A stretch of DNA of 64,000 bases from Orbicella franksi (lineage: Eukaryota). The notes beneath the pieces are model-generated. The model worked only from the letters and a program-made list of their open reading frames with translations, was not told the DNA's origin and made no database searches. The first letter of the stretch is position 1. The number at the start of each line of letters is the position of its first letter. Positions 10,738-23,800 of the stretch are shown here, piece by piece. Made by a program: the position numbers and the translations under genes. The stretch lies in assembly GCA_964199315.1 (NCBI GenBank), contig OZ116709.1, positions 5,580,001-5,644,000 on the forward strand, given 5' to 3'.

Positions 10738-13700
10738 TTTGATAATGAACTTAAAGAAACATGGGATGCTGCCGCAGATGCAGGTTATTTCACTTATAGA
10801 CTTGACAGTGTAGAAGGAAGGATTGCACCTGGAAAATACTCTCTGTATATTCAGGTAATCCCACAATTAAATAATTACAATTATAATATATTTCATTATT
10901 CAGTGATTTAATGGACAGTTCATGTACTGTCAGTATTAATTTGATATTCTTGTGCATGTTGTGATCTAGATTAGTGAACAGCAGATGTGATTATTAAAAG
11001 TATAACTTTAAAAAATGGAATATGCAATTCAGTTTTATTAATAATATTTTTTTTGAAATATTTTTAACAAGCATTAAATATGGTTTGCAGGATTCAGACA
11101 AAGTTTCAATTTATCCTGAAATAGTTGTCTACCCTTTAATTAGTTTTTGGACATAATAGTTCATGCAGCAGTGTTGGCTTGATTGCCATTTGCTGTCGGG
11201 AAAATGCAGTGTCCGCGCTCCTTATTCACCCCTCCCTCTTCACCCCCGAACTGAGTTGCTCTATTCTCTGGAAGAGGACCAAGTCGAGAAGCGAACCCAA
11301 GAGAGCAGCACAAATCAAGCCTGTGTAGTCACAATCTGTGATAGTTAGCTATAATGTGATGTTTACATGTTCCGACATTAATTGTACCTGCCTGTTGAAT
11401 CTGTCTACAGTTAAATGAGCTGCGATTCACCAAACGGAGAAAGCCAGATCCAATGAATAGGGTATCAGAACCGTTCAACCCAGCAAAATTTAATTTCACT
11501 AAAGTACACAGCAAAGAGGTAACTAAACTGTACTCCCAGTGTTGTTGCCTCAAAACCCAGTTTAGCTACTTTGTAATTTGGTTAGAATTAGAGTCTTTCA
11601 GTGGGAATTCCATTTAACACCTAAGTCTTGATGACATGTCAAAAGTGCCCTAGCAGATTATTTTGGTGTCACATTCTGATGGATGTCTTCTGCCCGCTAG
11701 ATTTTCGCCAGGCTAAGCTAGCAACCTTAAACCCAGTGGGGGCTCCATTAAGGCGAGACCAGGCATATGGCCCAGGCACTGACCTATCTGCTGGTGGTTT
11801 GCTGGTGGCTAGCTGTTAAAAGCAGAGGGGATCGGAGGGTGTTTTATACTGACACCCGCAGCTAGCTAGACTTTGAGTTTTCAGTGTTAAATAACCTTGA
11901 TATTGACTGTGTTTCTGGGTATTTTACTCAGTTGTTTAACCTTGTTTGAGGCTTCCGTATTGACATGGCACCCTGTGGGAGTGGTGCATGCCATGTGCAT
12001 GCGTGAGGGACCAATCCCCTAGCCAGGGGGGGGGGGGGGTGGTCAGAGGACTTCTGGCCGGTGGGACTGTCTTTGAGTCAATGCGGGCATGTTTTTGCGA
12101 ATTCAGTCAGATATATAATGTAATTAACTGGCAACCTGGTATTTTTAACTATTTCAGGTTATTTCGGGTTGTCAGTTACCCTTATTTTAATTTAATTATT
12201 ATATTACTAAATTTAATTTATACAAAAAACAAAGGATAAATAAAGCTGTTGTTGTTGTTAAATCACAATGTATCATATCCAAACAAGTCACTAATTGGAA
12301 TTATGGTTGGCACATTATAGATTTCAGACTATGCCAGACAGGCAGACTAATATATTTTCTGTGAGCTAGTGATTAGCTTTGTTAGCTTTCCGAAAGAAAT
12401 CGAGAGTTAGAAGAGAAGTTGTCAAAAAACATTTGAGGTGGTGAGACTCGTGAAATTTGGCTAACATTTTGGGAGGGCCATATTTTTGGAAGCTTGACCA
12501 TTTGCCACCTCTCACAATATGAAATTGAAAATTTCTGAATAGGAAGTAGTATGTAAAGGAGAACAGGAGCAGGAGAAAAAGACAAAATTTTCATTAGTAT
12601 TAATTACTGATGTAGTAATGAACATTGTGCCTTAATTTCTTAATTATTAATTAACTTTTATCATTCAAGGTTCTATTTGAGCTCAGTCCAAAGCACAGGA
12701 CTGAGGCAGACACTGATCACCATCTCATGATAATAAATGTCAGTCCTCTGGAATATGGACACTCGCTTTTGGTTCCAAGTATAAATTCATGTCTTCCTCA
12801 GGTAAGATTCATCTACTAGTTGTTTTTTGGTAACTAATTCCTGTTTATTTGGAAACATGTGTAGAAATTTATGTCTCAAGATTGAACTGAAAAATTATGT
12901 GCCAAAATAGAGCCAGTGACAAGCATGTAGGAACTAAGTTAACCATTTGAACTGGAACGCCTTAAAAAATTATTAGTCTGTATTCAAGCCTACATCTCCA
13001 CCTTCCATAGCATGAAATGACTAGGCATATTTCTACTCCCCCCTGGATAGGTCATGCTACTCCATCACAGGGTTACCCTTGGCTTTAAATTAACTGTTAC
13101 CCACAACAGGGGTGGAGAGAGGTACTGTGAGAGTAATATGTCTTGCCCAAGAACACAACACAATGACCCAGCCTGGCTTGGTCTCGAACCTAGACTGCTC
13201 ATTCTGAAGTCAAATGCATTGACCACTGGGCCACTATGCCTCCCATGGAACTCCTTAATAAGCAGAATTCAAACACAATTTTTTATCTGTTCTCCAAAAG
13301 ATACTATGAGCATCCCTGTTGCTTGTCAAGTGTGATAGTGTCCGAGTGAGTGGGCTCTAAAGGTAACTTCTGATCAGGCTGACATTCAAGAAACATCAGT
13401 CACCAACAGCAATTCTCTTCAGAACTACACGTACCCTTACATGTAATCAGACAATCACACTATATGAACCATTGACACTATGCGCATTCCTATCTTTGGT
13501 CTTTGATAATTTTTTTCTTTTTATACGCTTTTGACTCTTCAGTTTATGGCTGTTGAAAGCACAGCAAAATTAGATATGATTGTTGTCTAGGAACTGTGCG
13601 AGTGCATTAGTTAATAAAAATCCTAACCTAACCAAACCTTGCACGACTGTAAGATTAATTTAATTCACAATTAACCTTCAGATACTAACCGAGGAAGCAC

Positions 13701-14538
13701 TGTTACTGAGCCTGGAGACAGCTATGTTAACTAACCACAGGTGACATTTGATGATCAATTACAAATCAATACCGTGACATGATGAAATTTAAAGTAATGG
13801 CACTTGTAGAGTTATGCATCTGAATTCTAAAACTTCAAAACAAATAATGATAGCTTCACAGTTAGCAATTATTGTCAATAACTGTAACATTTTACAAGGG
13901 GCAAACATCGTTGTCATGCATACAAGTCATGTAGTTTTGCCATTTACAAGTAGCATATGCCGTCGGTATTGAACGTGTTGTGGTTAATTCTTAATCTCAG
14001 TTTATTTTTTATTTCAGCTATAAGTAGTTCTTTTTCTTCAAGTTAGTTACTTTTTGTCAATTTATCCCTAATCAATAAGTATTTATAACATTATTGACAA
14101 CAATGGGATTCTGTTGTTATTCGTTGCAGGGGATTCCGTCTGGGTTTCAACAGCCTGTGTGCTTATTCCTCGGTGAATCATTTACATTTTCACACTTGGT
14201 ATAGTGAGAACCCATCCTACCTTGAAGCAGTGGTGAGTTTTCTTTTTCCAGCCGGGAGATATCTCATGATTTCAATGTTCACGTTTTCCCCTTGTGAAAA
14301 TTCATCTGATAAACAAATAAATACGTTATACCATCAGTGTAAACAGCTTGTAGAAATTAGTAATAGTTGTTATGGGACGTGTGAAGGGAGCAAGCGTTTG
14401 TAAATTTGACGTTTTTAACATGAGAATGTCTCTTTAAGTGCAGGTAATACTCTAGTGCACAATATTCTCAATACAATAGCTAACTATCTTGGTTCCTGCA
14501 ACACCGATAATTACCGAGTATTAGTAGCATAACATCCT

Positions 14539-14569
<31 letters not shown>

Positions 14570-17338
14570 GGGGGGAGGGAGGGGGCTCCCGTGTAAAAGA
14601 GTCGGGGATGCTCGCCGGGAAACCCTAAGGGGGACCAGTTTGGGCGTGGCTCGAACCTTATTTGGCCCCGAAAAGATACCACTTAAGACGGACATGACAG
14701 CGTTTTTCTATTGTCTTCACGTGTGACCCTAAAAGTTACCTTGACAGCTAAAGATAGTGGCATGTCGTTGTGAAAACCCCAACTGAGACCGACATCCATA
14801 CTTTACACCCACTAAGCGAGGCAGCGAGCATTCCCGACCTTTTAACATGGGACTCCTTCCACCCCCCTGGGCATAATATACACACAAAGGGCTCTGTAGC
14901 CCTTTGCATGGATTACGGGCCTACAGTACCTGAGGCAGCGATTTATTACTGTGATGGCAGAAACTCATATGTTATACTCTCTTCAAAAGGACGTAATTCC
15001 TGTTTGCGAGGACGTATTTGAAGTTAGCGACTATGCCACAACTATGTTTGTCTTTGAACTGGGACCACAAACCAATGCTTGTTTACTAGCGAGGTGAGGA
15101 AACTACGTGTGAGCATGGTCACGTATTGTGTACAATTGTACGTGTAGTAAAAACGTACAATGAACTTGGTTAATGGATTTTGGTATTATATGGAGATGCG
15201 AAAAGAAGAAACAATCGACAGACGCTGGGAACACGTGTACATAACAGAAAACTCCTTACGAAAGGATAGCGGAAAAATATACGTTGTAACGTCACGTTTC
15301 GGCATCATCTTGTCGCTATTAGGAAGCTTAAGCAACGACGACGACGACACAGAGGACGACGCCTGGTAAAAAATGAATATATATTTTACAAGCGAAATTC
15401 GCGATTGTCTAGATCTGATCGGTACGCCAATGGTTCTAAAAACGTCCTTAAGCTAAATATGCAACGACGGCGTTCAATTCCAAATGGAAATGCGAAAAAT
15501 TAGCCGTCGTCGTCCACGTTCCGTAGACGACGCAGAACTTGGTCATTTCACGTTGTTGTTTTGCAGAGGACGGCAAAGAAATGTACAACGATTTATAACG
15601 CACGTGCACAGCTATTGTTTTGCTCATTAAACTTTTGTTTGGTGACGTTCTCGTTGCCGTCGTCGTCGTGGTTTGCTTAAGCTCCCTATTATCAAATGCA
15701 TTGCCCGAGTAGAGACCGCTTGTGTGTTTAGGTTTGGTCTTTTTTCTTTGTTTAGCAACATCTCTTGAATTAAGCATCCCAGCTTCCCTCTGCACTTGTT
15801 CAAGATGCTGAATTGTTCGTTCATATTTGGTTGGTCTTGGTTATGACTTTTTCGAAGGTGTTTTCCGACAGCTTTTAAAATGTTTTTCCATATCTTCTGT
15901 AATTGAAAGGATAAGAGTGGGTTCTAATGATATGTACGTGCAGACAGTATTGGAAAGCGTGAGGCTCTCTTTTAATGTATATTTAGCTTTCAGTCCTTTA
16001 AGAAATTCTTCCCACTAATGGCTGAACGCCTCCCAGAGAGTAGGATGTCGTGCCCTGGCCTTTATCGGAGCATAAAGACAAAAAAAGAGGTTCTTCCTTT
16101 AAAATTCTGAAGGATTATTCCTGAGCGGTAGGATCTGCGACTGCAGGGCTACTTAAAGATGGACCTCTCTCCTTTTTCTTTACATTTATGTTTGTCATAA
16201 CGTCCTGTTTTTTTCTTCTTTCACAGAAAAATTCATCAAGTGTCGTCATATTTTGTATCAAACGAGGTAGCTCACACTTATCTCATTCTACGGGGAAACA
16301 AATGTAGCGCGACGAGTCAAAATGGCGACGCTGTTAACCAGGAGAGTGACCATTCCGTTATTAGAGTCTTTCTCTGGCCAAGAAATCCTGTGTGTGGTAA
16401 GTTCTATGTCTCAAGATGTTCTTATCATGTGCACCAAACCAGTGAAATCTCTTAGAGATATTCTGGATCAAATTTCAGCATTCCCTGAATTTTGCGTAAG
16501 GAACCAACAGCCATCTTTTCCATTGAATTGTCGACGACGATGAACAAGAATAAGGATTAAAGCGATACGATTACGATAACGTCGACTAAGAAGAAAATGA
16601 CGACGACTAAGACCTCACGATGACCATAATTACGAGGATTATGAACAAGGCCGAAGACTTTGTCGACGGACGACCGACGACGGATTACGGACGACAACGA
16701 CGATGACAATAATGCGAAGGTAACTACAGTGACGACGAAGATGTGGCATAGCCAACACATTTTAGAATGGAGAACAGAGAAAAATGCAAGAGCTAGTCAT
16801 TTCCTCTTTCTAATAGAGGGTATTCCATGTTGTCGTTTATTGGGATTTCAACTATTTCATAAAGAATCAGTCATAGACAGACTTTAGAAACTCGTGCTTT
16901 TTTCGACAATTCTGTCTTTCTGTTCTAACAGGTTCTCAAGTTAAGAGTTCTTATGAATCTGATGAGCGGCCCATGGCTGTTTGTGAGTTATCCGGCTTCG
17001 TCGCTGTGGAAAGTAAGATACCTGTATAGCATTCTTGTATATCTTGGAGAACTTACATTTTTTTTCTCTCTCGTGGGGTGGTTAGAAGGTTGAAAAGGGG
17101 ATCAACTTTTCGCCCGTCTTTACTCCAATTTCAACTCTATGTCATATGTAACATCTTCGAAAGTGACAGTCGTTTTCTGGCTTTGTTCAACCTTTTGTTC
17201 TTGCTTTTCCTTCCAGCGAGAGAAACTTTCAATTCATTTACCGAAGAACAATTCTGCGAACATATGAGAAGAGCTACGTTATCAGAGGAAGAGTTCACCA
17301 GACACAGACAGGCCATACAAGAATTACTGAACAAGTAG
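10738..17338 (+). CDS. GDPGP1: GDP-D-glucose phosphorylase 1, copy 2 (nine resolved exons, 331 aa; first coding exon unresolved)
   Basis: Exons 10738-10854, 11411-11518, 12670-12801, 13682-13740, 14130-14232, 14990-15093, 16227-16396, 16932-17012, 17217-17338(TAG). Motifs FDNELKETW, LNELRFTKRRKP, PFNPAKFNFTK, IINVSPLEYGHSLLVP, GFNSLCAYSSVNHLHFH, IRVFLWPR. The last five exons are the same sizes as in copy 1 (103, 104, 170 vs 173, 81, 122 nt). Confidence 0.93.
11720..12258 (+). mobile_element. Probable retroelement 3' fragment with AATAAA-(GTT)n tail
   Basis: GC-richer block inside an AT-rich intron, ending GATAATAAAGCTGTTGTTGTTGTT. No coding remnant recognised. Confidence 0.35.
13023..13244 (-). 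mobile_element. tRNA-derived SINE
   Basis: Minus strand begins GGGAGGCATAGTGGCCCAGTGGTC (A box) ... GGTTCGAGACC (B box), then the typical body CATTGTGTTGTGTTCTTGGGCAAGACA...CTCTCTCCACCC. Confidence 0.8.
14555..14870. mobile_element. GGG/CCC-ended MITE preceded by (TG)n and poly-G
   Basis: GGGGGCTCCCGTGTAAAAGAGTCGGGGATGCTCG ... CGAGCATTCCCGACCTTTTAACATGGGACTCC inverted sub-terminal match. Similar architecture at 31508-31856 and 40378-40782. Confidence 0.6.
15320..15688. mobile_element. MITE with TAGGxAGCTTAAGCAA-(GAC)n TIRs
   Basis: TAGGAAGCTTAAGCAACGACGACGACGAC ... GTCGTCGTCGTGGTTTGCTTAAGCTCCCTA. Confidence 0.85.
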
Positions 17339-17949
17339 AAATGTCCTGTACATCAAGTTTAATATTTCACTACCATTTTGAAGCAGACCTCAAAAATAAA
17401 ACCAAAAAAAGAAAACAAAAAAATAACAGGCAAACAAACAAAAAGCAAAAATTACAAGAGAAAAAAAAAAGAAAGAAATTGTGAAACACATAAGGAGGGG
17501 AAACTTCAATGCAATAACAAGTCCCTTGGCTCGGAACATAAGCCATGGGTTAGCAATTACATCCAGCTCTTGAATTTTTAACTGTTATATATCCCTCTTA
17601 ACTGTACAGCTAGCTTGGATCGTATTTTAGATTCTTAGAGCTGATTTTTATTTGATGACCGTAGAATGTTTAGGGCGTTCATTTGATAACCAGTTAACAG
17701 ACAGTAGTCTTATATGCAATGCAAAAAACAATTGACCGCAAAATCTCAACCATTTCTGAAATTTCTTACGATAAGAAGCCTTGCCGATTACAAGCCCCAT
17801 CGAAAAAAACCTAATAATTTTTTAAAATAAAAATTTTCCAAGGGTCCATCATTTATAGAATAACCATATTAATGATAGTCTTAAAATGACGTTAATGCAA
17901 TAAAAGGCAATTGCGGCTAATTGCAATTTTCTTACTAAGGTTTCAGAGC

Positions 17950-18714
17950 GTATTTATTAGCGCTTCGATAATGCTTACGGAAAAGGGGAACTTTTCGCGA
18001 AACTTGTAGATAAGGGGTTGATCCGGCCTTTTCCGAGTGAGACGGGAGGGAAAAGGAGGAAGGGTCCCCTGATATGCGCGGGGGGTTTCCTTGAAGGGCG
18101 TAGCAAAAAGTTTCCGTGTTTTCATGCATGGTTGGACAACGTGATCGAGCGAGGCCGTTAGATGAAAAACTGAAGGACCTAAGATATTTCCAGTGAAAGT
18201 TTACTCAACTCGATTATATACAATAGGCACGGTTCGATCTAATATTCACTTACGATAGTTACATAACATAACATGCAATTGAAGATGTTCAGCGGACAGC
18301 TCTGTGGAACCGGGCGATGATTTGGAAATCATCGTCAGGGGTAAAAGAAAACGTAGAATTATGCCTTTGTGATGTCGGCACTAATTCTGAACCGGCAAGG
18401 CGAATAAGGTGAAAAGTTTTGTTTTAGTTAAGAACGTTACATTTAGCATCACATGAACTCGATCACGCGACGCAAAGCAATTAGCAGAAATCGGGGATTA
18501 CCCTTATGAATATTAATCATACTAGGCAGACATCGAGCTTCGGCTGCCACCATGATCATGCTTATTGCTGAAGATGGTGCGTTTTCAACGGATTCCCGAT
18601 TCTTTCTACTTCATAGTTGATAGTACAACGTTTTTCACACAGGCTTGCCGGTCTTGAACTGAAGTTTTGTCAGTTTTGATTTTCTTTTTGGTTACAGCGG
18701 CTCGCTTCCTCCAG
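17950..18714 (+). promoter_or_regulatory. Probable promoter / 5' UTR region of the TPR-CHAT gene with kappaB-like sites
   Basis: GGGGGTTTCC at 18081-18090 (exact GGGRNNYYCC) and GGGGATTACCC at 18493-18503 (near match). Possible 17-nt UTR exon 18698-18714 (pyrimidine tract-CAG, CAG|GTTAGT) and a UTR acceptor at 20780. TSS unknown. Confidence 0.35.
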
Positions 18715-20333
18715 GTTAGTTTATGTCTGTAGTTTTATCCATCGACGTTTATCTTCGTTAAAACCTTGTTACGGCAGTCAGTTTTGTCTTAAACACATGT
18801 GAATGAGTGAAAATATGGTTCCCTTCTCCCCTTGGGTGATCCAGAGTTTCAATGTTGTGCTTTCGGTTTATCAAATATTTTCACGAGCCGAACAACTCTG
18901 TGAAATGGTGCATGGTGGGGTAATGTGCCTCATGTACTGTTGAATGGACTACTCCTGTGGCCGGATTGATTCTCACTTGAAGCATAAGCGTAATATAAGC
19001 TTATATATTTCTCGTCCGCTGTGTCGTTCCGTCCTTACTTGTGTAAAACGCAAACGACAGAATCGTAACAGATATTATTTTCGAAACGCAACGCGACCAG
19101 TCGCAACAGTCGCGTACATGCAGCTGGCACAGAGTCGCATACGTGCAGCTGACATAAATTTTTCGATTAAATGTCAAATTTACAACCTAGGAAGGTAATC
19201 GCTTTTAATTTCTCGGGCAAATTATTTCCTTCTGTGCCTATGTGTAGCCGTGCACGTTATGCTAGATGACAGAGATGATTTAAGGGAACTGGACTGGTCG
19301 ACCCGGTGGACATGAATATTTAATTAATTTTGTTCGTCTGGCGTCAATAGCCCCTCAGTGGCCACATCAACACCGTCAACTGTAGTTTGCTTGGGTTAGT
19401 CTCTAGTATGCAGTGGACTTTCCGGTCCCAGCAATTCCGCTAACTACAGTTGGTTCTGATCAGACCTGATTAGCCTGTGGATGACGTCAGACTTTCACTG
19501 AGTAGTAGTTCGTGACAGCCGTTAGACTGATGTAAACATGGCTGAGTGTAGAATGCTATGTCTGGTTCAAATCTTCATGCTGTAAGTCGTCATCGAAAAT
19601 TAAGAAGTATGGTCAAACTTGCGAAAACTGCACGAGATGTTTTCGTATGATGCAAATTTTTTTCTGCTTTGCATTGTTTAAATTACTCTTTCCCCCGTGA
19701 TTTTTTCAAGCTTAGTTTTTCATTTTACATAATTATGTTGATCTCGCATGTGCTACACTGCATTCTGATTGACGTCTCGTTTATAAATTAAGGTCTAACC
19801 CGTTCATCCAGCTTGGGTGTTGGTAAGTTAGTTTGTATCGTTTTGGATCATGGATCGGAAGCATGAATTGCCTAGCTATAATATAGTGAGAGTGGAATAG
19901 AGAAGTGATCACACTATGGGAATGGCCAACTGAAGTTATCTCTGTCCTGACTTTACCTCTACTGAAACCTAGTAATCTACGTCAAGCAACAGACCGAAAT
20001 AATTTGGCTCACCCGATTTTTTGCTTTGTTCGTGACGGGTACTCTAAGTAAAAGAGTATTGATACAAGATGGTGAGTTCGATTCTCGTATCCCGTGAATT
20101 ACCCGGCTCAACATACCATATCCCGAAAACCCCTAATCGGGCCGCAATCGATCCCACTGTTTCAGGAATTCAATGTTTTACCTGCAGCTTGAGATTTTGT
20201 GGCAAAATTTTGCGAGTTCGTCGTTAATCCCAATTTCAGTTGTTTCTTTGTCAGTTATGATTTATCACTGTACACGTCCGGCGATGATTTCACGCCAGCC
20301 TGTACGAATAAAATCGATCATTTGATTAATTAA

Positions 20334-20703
20334 AGGAGGGTTTCACGGTTCGGCACATGTCTATTATTTATTCGCCTGTGCACGCTTTTTGGCACAGCCC
20401 CAGTTTTCATTGTTTATGAATCAATCGTAAGCAAGTTCCTAATTTCGCATGCAAATAGCCGTAAAATCATCAACCGTAGGATAAATCGTACGGGTCAACA
20501 CTAAATTCAACTGTCGACAGCGTCGGTAACATCCACTGAAATGTTAATTCTAAGAATTTTGGTCATCCGTCATTCTACCACGACTAACTAGCATGTGATT
20601 ACTAAATTACATCTGAGTGAAGTTTTTAAAGCGATAACGCTGTTAAGAAGCGCACAAAAGTATTTTGATTTAGAGACATCCGCCGAACCATGAAACCCTC
20701 CCT
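20334..20703. mobile_element. Kolobok-like non-autonomous element with TTAA TSD
   Basis: TTAA|AGGAGGGTTTCACGGTTCGGC ... GCCGAACCATGAAACCCTCCCT|TTAA. AGG...CCT termini with TTAA fit Kolobok rather than piggyBac. Ends 77 bp before the UTR acceptor at 20780. Confidence 0.75.
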
Positions 20704-20833
20704 TTAAGCGCTAGCTAGCGCTATGTTTAATATCACAAATTTTACTCAATATTTTGTAATTCGTTAAAAATTGTCTATAGGTACTTCAAACTGACACTGA
20801 CAAAGCTCTGTAGATTTCCAAACAACAGCATCA

Positions 20834-23800
20834 ATGGCAAGTGGTCCAATCAAGGCTGCGAGTGAAAGTGACGTCACACCACCTGATGGTGAACCAACGC
20901 TGGATTTTGATGAAGACACTTTAAGAGGTAGAGGAAAACGGTAGCCTGGCTGACTGACCAGGGTGGGATGTACGAAATGAATTAAATAAATGAAATGAAA
21001 TGAAATACTGTACTGTTTTGCCGTTTGCCCGTTACTGGCGCATCAAATTGCTTCATAAACAATGACCTCGGCATGTTTCTTTTTGTCAAATTATCATATA
21101 ATGGAGTAATGAAACTGCATAATTGTTAACCTCTTGTAACGCTTGTTGCAGCTCGTTCCCATTCTAACATGTTAAAAAATCCTGGTAGGTTATATCATCC
21201 TTCATGTAGTTTGTCATTGGTGTCAATGTATTTAATGAATTATACATTACTTTTTCGTTCGTCTAGCAATCGCACGGGTGTACCTAAATGAAGGTAATGA
21301 TGAACACAGAGGGAAAGATTTTAGCAGAGCCATTTACTTCTACACGGAAGGAATTAATGTGAATTGTAAAGATGAAACTCTCAAAGCCAAACTCTTCAGT
21401 AACAGGGCAACAGCACATTTTCATTTGGGTAAGATCATTTGACCTTTTTATTTCGGCATTCTCTTATATTCGCGTTCTCTTGTGTGCCTTCAAAGAGTAA
21501 TCTTGTTCTATGTGCAAGTTGATGTATTAGGAGTTCCAAAAAGGCCATATTCGTTTTCTTGGTATTGGACTGAAACTAGCTTGCAATGGAGGCTCATGCA
21601 TGCGGGAGAATATCGTTAAAAAGAGATTAACTCCATTAGCATTTGAGAAGACTCTCCGCGTGCACCTCAGTTGCAAGCTAGCTCCAGTCCAATACGAATA
21701 TGTTCTATTATTTAATTACTGATAGATATCAGTGCTACTGAGTTATAAACTATGAAAATATTTGTTTTCATGCTTAGGATGTTATCCTGAATCACTGAGT
21801 GATGCCAAAGCAGCCCATGAATTAGAGCCAAATTTTGTGAAGACAATTGAGAGAGGTACGAGCGTTATCGAAGTGTGTTTTCGGATGAAATAATATATTA
21901 TGTCGGCAAAACACCAGTCGTTGTTTCCCAACTGCCGCAGAGATTCAACGAATCACGACGACCAAGATGACGACAATGGAGTGGAATGGTGGAGAATAAA
22001 ATCAGAAAAACAGAAATTGTGCCTGAAGTGGGGACCCAACCCTAATTTCCGCACAACCACGCAAAAAAAAAAAAAAAGATTGTTTCGTCGATCGAGTTCC
22101 GTTTAAGAAAACATGAATTAAGCCCGTGTACCAAACCTCTATTACCTCTCAGTATCATTAGCGCCCGGTATCACACCCGAAAGTCCCAAGCATCTCTCTC
22201 GCTTATTGAGTAGAAGTTCAGTATAGATAAGCATTCAATTCTTGACTACATCGAATACATTGTTTCAGGATTCATTTATTTATTTTTTGATTTCTTCAAA
22301 AGGAGCGAGTGCCTGTTTTAAGCTGAGTATGTTTGAAGAAGCCATCACTTGGTGTAACGAGGGATTGGCAGTATCCTTTATTTCATATTATTCACACATA
22401 TTTCTCTTCGATTGTGGCGAAGCAGAATTGCCGGAAAAAAAATGACGCCGTCAAATATTATACTTTATCAGTATCTCACAGTTGAAGGATGGAAAAGGAA
22501 AAATGCAGCTATGACACATTCTCTCTCTCTTTTCCACTTCTGTATTTCTCCTATCATTTTAATTTACATACCAGGAATCACTAAGATTAATTGACAATAC
22601 ATTGTAGAAAACGAGAACAGCGACGACAAAGACAGCAATGAAGACGACAATAACAAACAAAAGGAGCAAAAAATAAAGTTTCATTTTCCTAAACTCTTGG
22701 AAGATTGACCAGAACAACCAGAAGTTAGTGGACTTGAAGAACGAGTCTGTCGAAGGACAAAGGAAACTTCAAGAAATACGTGTAGTCGAAGGGAACTTGA
22801 AGGATGAGTCGGATACCCAAACCGCGACACGAAAGGTAAGCTTGATTTAATTTTTTTTTACTTGAGGAAGGCCAGTTTGAAAATCTAAACCAAAAATGGC
22901 TGGCTAGGTATGGAAGTATACACATGACGTCTTGGCAGCCATATTGGTGTTCCAGGACAATGAAACGGCGGCCATACCAAACCAATCCCGTGGGAGATCA
23001 ACTCTTTTATTATGTAGACACTTTCTTTTTTTACAAGAAATTTGCATGGCTGCTGGACACGTGAGTGAATACTGTCAGGAATCAGATCGTTTCTTTGTCC
23101 CACGCTCGTGAAATGCTGAAAATTTCGTTTTGATCACAACATTGAATTCGTTTAGCATACAGTTGACGCTTTATATCCCCTGTTTGTTCCCACGAACGAT
23201 TCCAGAAAATGAGGAGGAAGTTATCTAGGAGAAAACAAACAACTTTGTTGTTTCTTCCTCTTCGTTAATCACCAACATTTGACACACCGGTTACCTTGAA
23301 GACAACTATGGACTTCAAAACGTTTATTGCTAAAACGTTTTGTTTTTAAATTGATACACAGAAAATCATCAGTTACAAACTATTATTAAAAGATACGAAA
23401 ATAAGCTACACAAATCAAGTGGTCTACATGATTGCGCGCGTGTAACCTCAAAGAGAAAATGTGGGCTTCGACTTTCTTTTTGAAAACCCCCAAAGAGTTA
23501 CTAAGATCCTGAGGCAGAGAATTTCATAAGGCGACACCGCTATAGGAGAGGCTGCACCAATATAAGCTGTATTTCCTTATCTTTAGTCGTACTATAAGGT
23601 CAGTCTGTTGAAGCTTGCATTGACTCTTGCATTCAATCTATAGAAATGCGTTCGAGCAAAAGGAGCGGGATACCTTTTAGGGGTTAAAATCTATGGTTTG
23701 GTAAGGTGAAATGTATTATCACAAAATCTGAATTTATCAATTTTAATGGACATTTTAGCGATGCCACACAATATCAAAATGTTTTCGTGTTTTTCATATA

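Noticed and set aside
13170-13244. tRNA gene on the minus strand
   Set aside because: A and B boxes are present, but it runs into a SINE body and lacks a clean cloverleaf.
16540-16887. Asp/Thr-rich ORFs in a GDPGP1 copy 2 intron
   Set aside because: Degenerate (GAC)n low-complexity DNA with no splice support.
20033-20096. tRNA-like fold with a GAGTTCGATTCTC loop
   Set aside because: Only two arms and a bulged closing stem; more likely a small repeat remnant.
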